From contig NC_083237.1 in assembly GCF_032191835.1 (NCBI RefSeq), forward strand, positions 10,478,001 through 10,542,000: DNA of 64,000 bases, given 5' to 3'. Under the pieces are notes generated by a model. It saw only the letters and a program-made list of their open reading frames with translations. It was not told the DNA's origin and did no database searches. This DNA comes from Heteronotia binoei. Its lineage: Eukaryota. This document shows, in pieces, positions 59,788 to 64,000 of this stretch; position 1 is the first letter of the stretch, and each line of letters opens with the position of its first letter. The translations under genes were made by a program, and so were the position numbers.

Positions 59788-62721
59788 CTTTGGTGCACGT
59801 GGCCAGGAAATTGCAAGGAAATGTTGTTTCCATCTTTCCTTATGGCAAAGAGAAAGGTGATTCCCCACCTTTCACCAAGGAACTTTAACAGTTCACCTCA
59901 CAATCTAAGATTAGCTTGACACCATATGTGTGTTCCAAGAGGGGGAGTTATAATTTCAGATCAAGACTTTGAGAGGGGGCAGGGTTACCATAATGGCTTA
60001 TTCTCCGGTAGGACATTGTGATTTTGGATTCTAATCTGTGTTTTTTGGGTGGTTCTGGCATTTGGTGCCATCAATGGGGAATATATATAAGGGTCTGGGA
60101 CAACTGTTTATAAAGATGATGGCACCAAATTTGGACAGAACACATTCCTTCCTGTTATCTAATCCCTGCTTTCATTTCAAGCAGATTGAACAAAGAGGTT
60201 TGAGTTTATAGAACCACCAAAGTTGGTGTGCAGTGGTATCCTCAATGATTCTCATAATCGTGGTCAGATGGCAGCCTAGCAGGAAAGCTATGGCCAGATA
60301 TGGTATTGGGAAAAAAAAAAACTGTTTACATTCATTTTGTTTTCCTGATCTTACAGTAACAATAAAAAAAAATACCTTTTAGTAGAAAAATCTGCATTTT
60401 CCATCCTTCCTTGTTGTGGTTACTGTTTATTTTCACAAAGTTAAAGTGACTTCCATTCAGAACTCCCCCCATTCCTTCCTATCATTCTGCCATTACTCTC
60501 TATTGGGGACAAAATTGCTGCAGAGCGGGTGTTGTATGTCCACTGAAGAACCCCAGATCTCAAGTAAATTGAACCAAGGTGTTGAATTGCCCAGGTCCTT
60601 GAACAGGTTGCCCTCAGTTCACTCTCTTCCCTGCTACAGTATTTGCAAAAACTAAAAGGGCCCTGCCCCCGATAGGAATGTGTGAAGGAGAGCAGGAGTT
60701 CACTGCAGCTTGTCCCAAAGGTGATTGGCTGGAGGCTTTCTGTGGTCCTCCTTTGCAAGGATCTCATTAGAAAGGAGAAATGCCATTGTTCAGGAAATGA
60801 GTGGAATTAAAGAAAAACAAGGGTACATGCTGCATGATTGGTAAGCACCCATTTTTTTAAAATTTATTTTTTCAGAGAGAGTTTAGTTTATAACAACAAG
60901 CCTAGATTTGTGTTGCTGTTTTTTTGGGGGGAAACACACTGTACAAACCCAAACCAGCCATTTTCATGTATACCACCAGCTCAGAAGTTTCATTATGCAC
61001 ACCCTACCAGACACTTGCGACAGGCCAACCCTCTTGTTGGGTCGATCACAATAACCAGACAGTGAATTTATTTATATGTTTCATTCCTATTCCAGTTAGT
61101 TTTCTGTTGTTAAAGGAACCCACAATAATATGAAAAAGTGATGTTACAGTTTAAATTAGAAAAAAAAAATGAACCTTATTTTAACTCATATTGGAGTCTT
61201 GCATCTTCACTGGAGGAGGGGCAGGGAACAAATTATCTGTTGTCTTCATATGTTTGGTGTCTTTTAGAAGAGAGAGGATTGAGAACTGCTACTTATTTCA
61301 TTCGAATGGTTGTCAGAAAACTCCTCTTCCAGACATCCACTGTGCAATCCTTAAAAAAGTTTAGTTAGAATTTTGAACTCAATGGGGCTAATCTATATAA
61401 CTAATTCTCAACAGCTCCCTCTGCCTGAGGATATTTATTTCCACAAACAGAGGGCATAAACTCTCACCTGACAGGTTTTTATACAGACTAAGGTCACTTT
61501 GTGGATCTGCAAAAACCTCCAAAAAGTTAAAAAAAAAACACCTCAGGGAGGGTTGAATCCCCCCTGACTCTTTTAATACCTTCTGAAATGGCCAGCACAG
61601 GAATCTACTGCAGGTCCTTCCGCATTGGCAATTAGAGATAGACTGTATGATATTGATCACCAGAGACAGAGAGAGAGAGAGAGAGAGAGCTGTGGCTGAC
61701 CCAAGGCCATTCCAGCAGCTGCAAGTGGAGGAGTGGGGAATCAAAGCCGGTTCTCCCAGATGCGTACACAGTCTGTACATTTAACCACTACACCAAATTG
61801 GCTATTGAGATGACACATTTAAAGTTACGCAACATTTTGTTGCGGGTCCCTATTTATTCCCTACTAAATGAATTTAAGATTGACCCCTCAGTATATCAGG
61901 AGCAAAAAAATATATGTTGTTTGCTTTTGTGTTTGGAGGGCCTCCATGGCAAGTGTTGTATCTTACAGAAGCCTCCTAGTCACTGAGAAGTAGGTCCTAG
62001 TCAGAAGGCACTTCATTCACTTTATATGACATAATGGCTTCAATTTCATATCATAACATGGTCAATTGTTTTCTGAGAATCAAACTATACTTTCCCCACA
62101 TTAATTCTCCATGAGGAAGGGTCAGTGGCAGAGCATATGTTTGGCATGCAGGCAGTTCCAGATTCAATCACTTACATCTTCAGTTAACAGTAGCTAGCAG
62201 TAGGTGGTGCAAAAAATCTCTGCCTAAGACCCTGGACAACTGCTGTCAATCTGAGAAGCCAATGCAGACTGATCAAAGGCAGGGGTCATTTTGTAGCAAA
62301 ATAAGTGGTGGAGCTCATTAACATAACTCATTGACATATCTCCCCCAGCCAAAAGCAACCCAATGCAAGAAAGAAGAGCCCAGGGTGAGTGAGGCCTGCT
62401 CAGGCTGGCTAGAGATCTAGCCAGTCCAAGCAGGCCTTGCTTGCTTGGGGCTCTCCTTGGCCACACACACCCCACAGTCAAAAGGCCAGCAAGCCACCCA
62501 CCACCCAAAATCACAAAACAAGTGGAGAAAGGGTGGTGTGGGCTTCTCCAGGGGTTAATGAGGGCTGCTGGGGGCATAGCAAATTCCCTGGTGGCTGGCT
62601 AGCAGCCCACTCTCCTAATCTAGGGATTGTTATGCAGCTACATCTACTATGCAGCTACATCTACTATTCAATGGACAAGGTAGGTGGGGAGGAGGAGGGA
62701 GAACCCTCAGAAAGATTCAGG

Positions 62722-62997
62722 AGCCGGTTTGGTGTAGTGGTTAAGTGTGCGGACTCTTATCTGGGAGAACTGGGTTTGATTCCCCACTCCTCCACTTGCA
62801 CCTGCTGGAATGGCCTTGGGTCAGCCATAGCTCTGGCAGAGGTTGTCCTTGAAAGGGCAGCTGCTGTGAGAGCCCTCTCCAGCCCCACCCACCTCACAGG
62901 GTGTCTGTTGTGGGGGAGGAAGGTAAAGGAGATTGTGAGCCGCTCTGAGACTCTTCAGAGTGGAGGGCGGGATATAAATCCAATATCTTCTTCTTCT
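62722..62997 (+). mobile_element. Full-length tRNA-headed SINE with L2-like 3' end (minus-strand copies at 5787-6060, 10910-11180, 23101-23370, 30012-30280, 32590-32860, 42262-42530, 61690-61802 partial)
   Basis: Pol III A box TGGTGTAGTGG and B box GGGTTTGATTCC; 3' end GAGCCGCTCTGAG..GGGCGGGATATAAAT matches the L2 3' end; (TTC)n tail. Confidence 0.85.
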
Positions 62998-63368
62998 GCT
63001 GCTGCTGCTGAATCTGAGCCCTGATCAAAGGTCTGATTCAGTATAAGGCAGCTATACATGTTCATTGGGGTTTGCAACACATTGCAGTAGCAAGTTCCTG
63101 TGGCAAGTAGTGTGTAAAACGTACAGATGGGATCCATTATGATCAGGACATAAATGTGGGGGGGAGGGACTTTTGACTCCCCCTGCTGCCATTTTCAGCA
63201 GCTGAAACAACCCAATGGGCTGTAGGGGCAGGTATTGTTTGCCCTGTAGTGAGCTGCAAGTGCATGTTTTCAGCTTGCATGCATCCTCTCCACAGTGCAA
63301 ATAATGCCTGTCACCACATCCCTGTCAGACGTTGTAACTTACCTGTTTAAAGGTGCTTTAAACTGTTC

Positions 63369-63510
63369 ATGTCCCCTTGCCCTAACTAACTGCATTTTGA
63401 ATGTCCCCTTCCCTAACTAACTCCATTTTGAATGACTAACTCCATTTTGCCCTAACTAACTCCATTTTGAATAACTAACTCCATTTTGCCCTAACTAACT
63501 CCATTTTGAG
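63369..63510. repeat. Minisatellite, six copies of CTAACT(C/G)CATTTTG
   Basis: Direct inspection. Confidence 0.9.
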
Positions 63511-63736
63511 TAAAGGGGGTGGGTATAATAAGGATTTCTAGTCCCTTCGGAGTTCTCTTTTATTTTCAGATAGACTGATAACTGTGTATGTAGACGACCA
63601 CGGCTGATTTGCTGCTGATTCCAAATACTCAAGCACCAGAGAACTTAACAGTTAACCACAGATTTTTATTTACACACAGTCTTCAGCTGGGGGGAAGGGA
63701 TGTATTTACATAGGCTATTTTGTATCTTGGATGAAT

Positions 63737-64000
63737 ATTTATTTATTTATTCCGGGATTTATATCCCGCCCTTCCCACGAGTGGCTCAGGGCAGCTTACA
63801 ACAAACAATAAAACAATAAAATCGGAACAAAATAATTACATTTAAAATCAAGCATTTAAAAACCTTAAATTATTTAGCATTAAAACTATACAGTAATCAC
63901 AGAAATCTAGAAAGCTACATTTATCCAGTCAGGCGTAAGCTAACCGGAACTTACAGGCCCTGCGGAACTGAGTAAGATCCCGCAGGGCCCTCACCTCTTC
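63737..64000 (-). mobile_element. L2 3' end, runs off the window
   Basis: (TAAA)n tail, GGGCGGGATATAAAT, and CAGGCCCTGCGGAA...CCCGCAGGGCCC shared with 17780-17820. Confidence 0.75.

Larger units (their letters stand above)
44800..63300 (+). repeat. Older tandem OR-subfamily-C duplication units (homologous flanks at 37-39, 42-43, 45-50, 52-57 and 60-63 kb)
   Basis: Recurrent homologous intergenic blocks, e.g. 45860/42000/61090 and 47200/55010/37070. Confidence 0.8.

Overview
Vertebrate (squamate, probably gecko-like; inferred from the repeat families) genomic DNA holding a tandem, all plus-strand cluster of class II, family-6-like olfactory receptor (OR) genes. It contains 7 intact-looking ORs in three subfamilies (A: 3772 and 33144; B: 13846 and 26063; C: 39340, 50514 and 57621), one nonsense pseudogene (8829) and two 3' OR fragments (43352, 59293). 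Around them is a dense repeat landscape: an L2 LINE with an uninterrupted 995-aa EN+RT ORF, CR1 fragments, Penelope-like termini carrying minimal hammerhead motifs, Sauria, 5S-derived and tRNA-derived SINEs, hAT and Harbinger MITEs with TSDs, and a solo LTR. There are three N-gaps. The most notable signals are (i) an exact match to the mammalian H/P-element OR-choice homeodomain core (TAACTTTTTAATGAG) with O/E-like sites, a TATA box and a splice donor upstream of both subfamily-B genes; (ii) a 43-nt upstream exon that splices in-frame onto both intact subfamily-A ORs and is degraded in the pseudogene; (iii) a SINE-bounded tandem duplication; (iv) mosaic ORs and a templated insertion copied from an OR CDS. 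All alignments were done by eye, and repeat boundaries are approximate unless TSDs are given.
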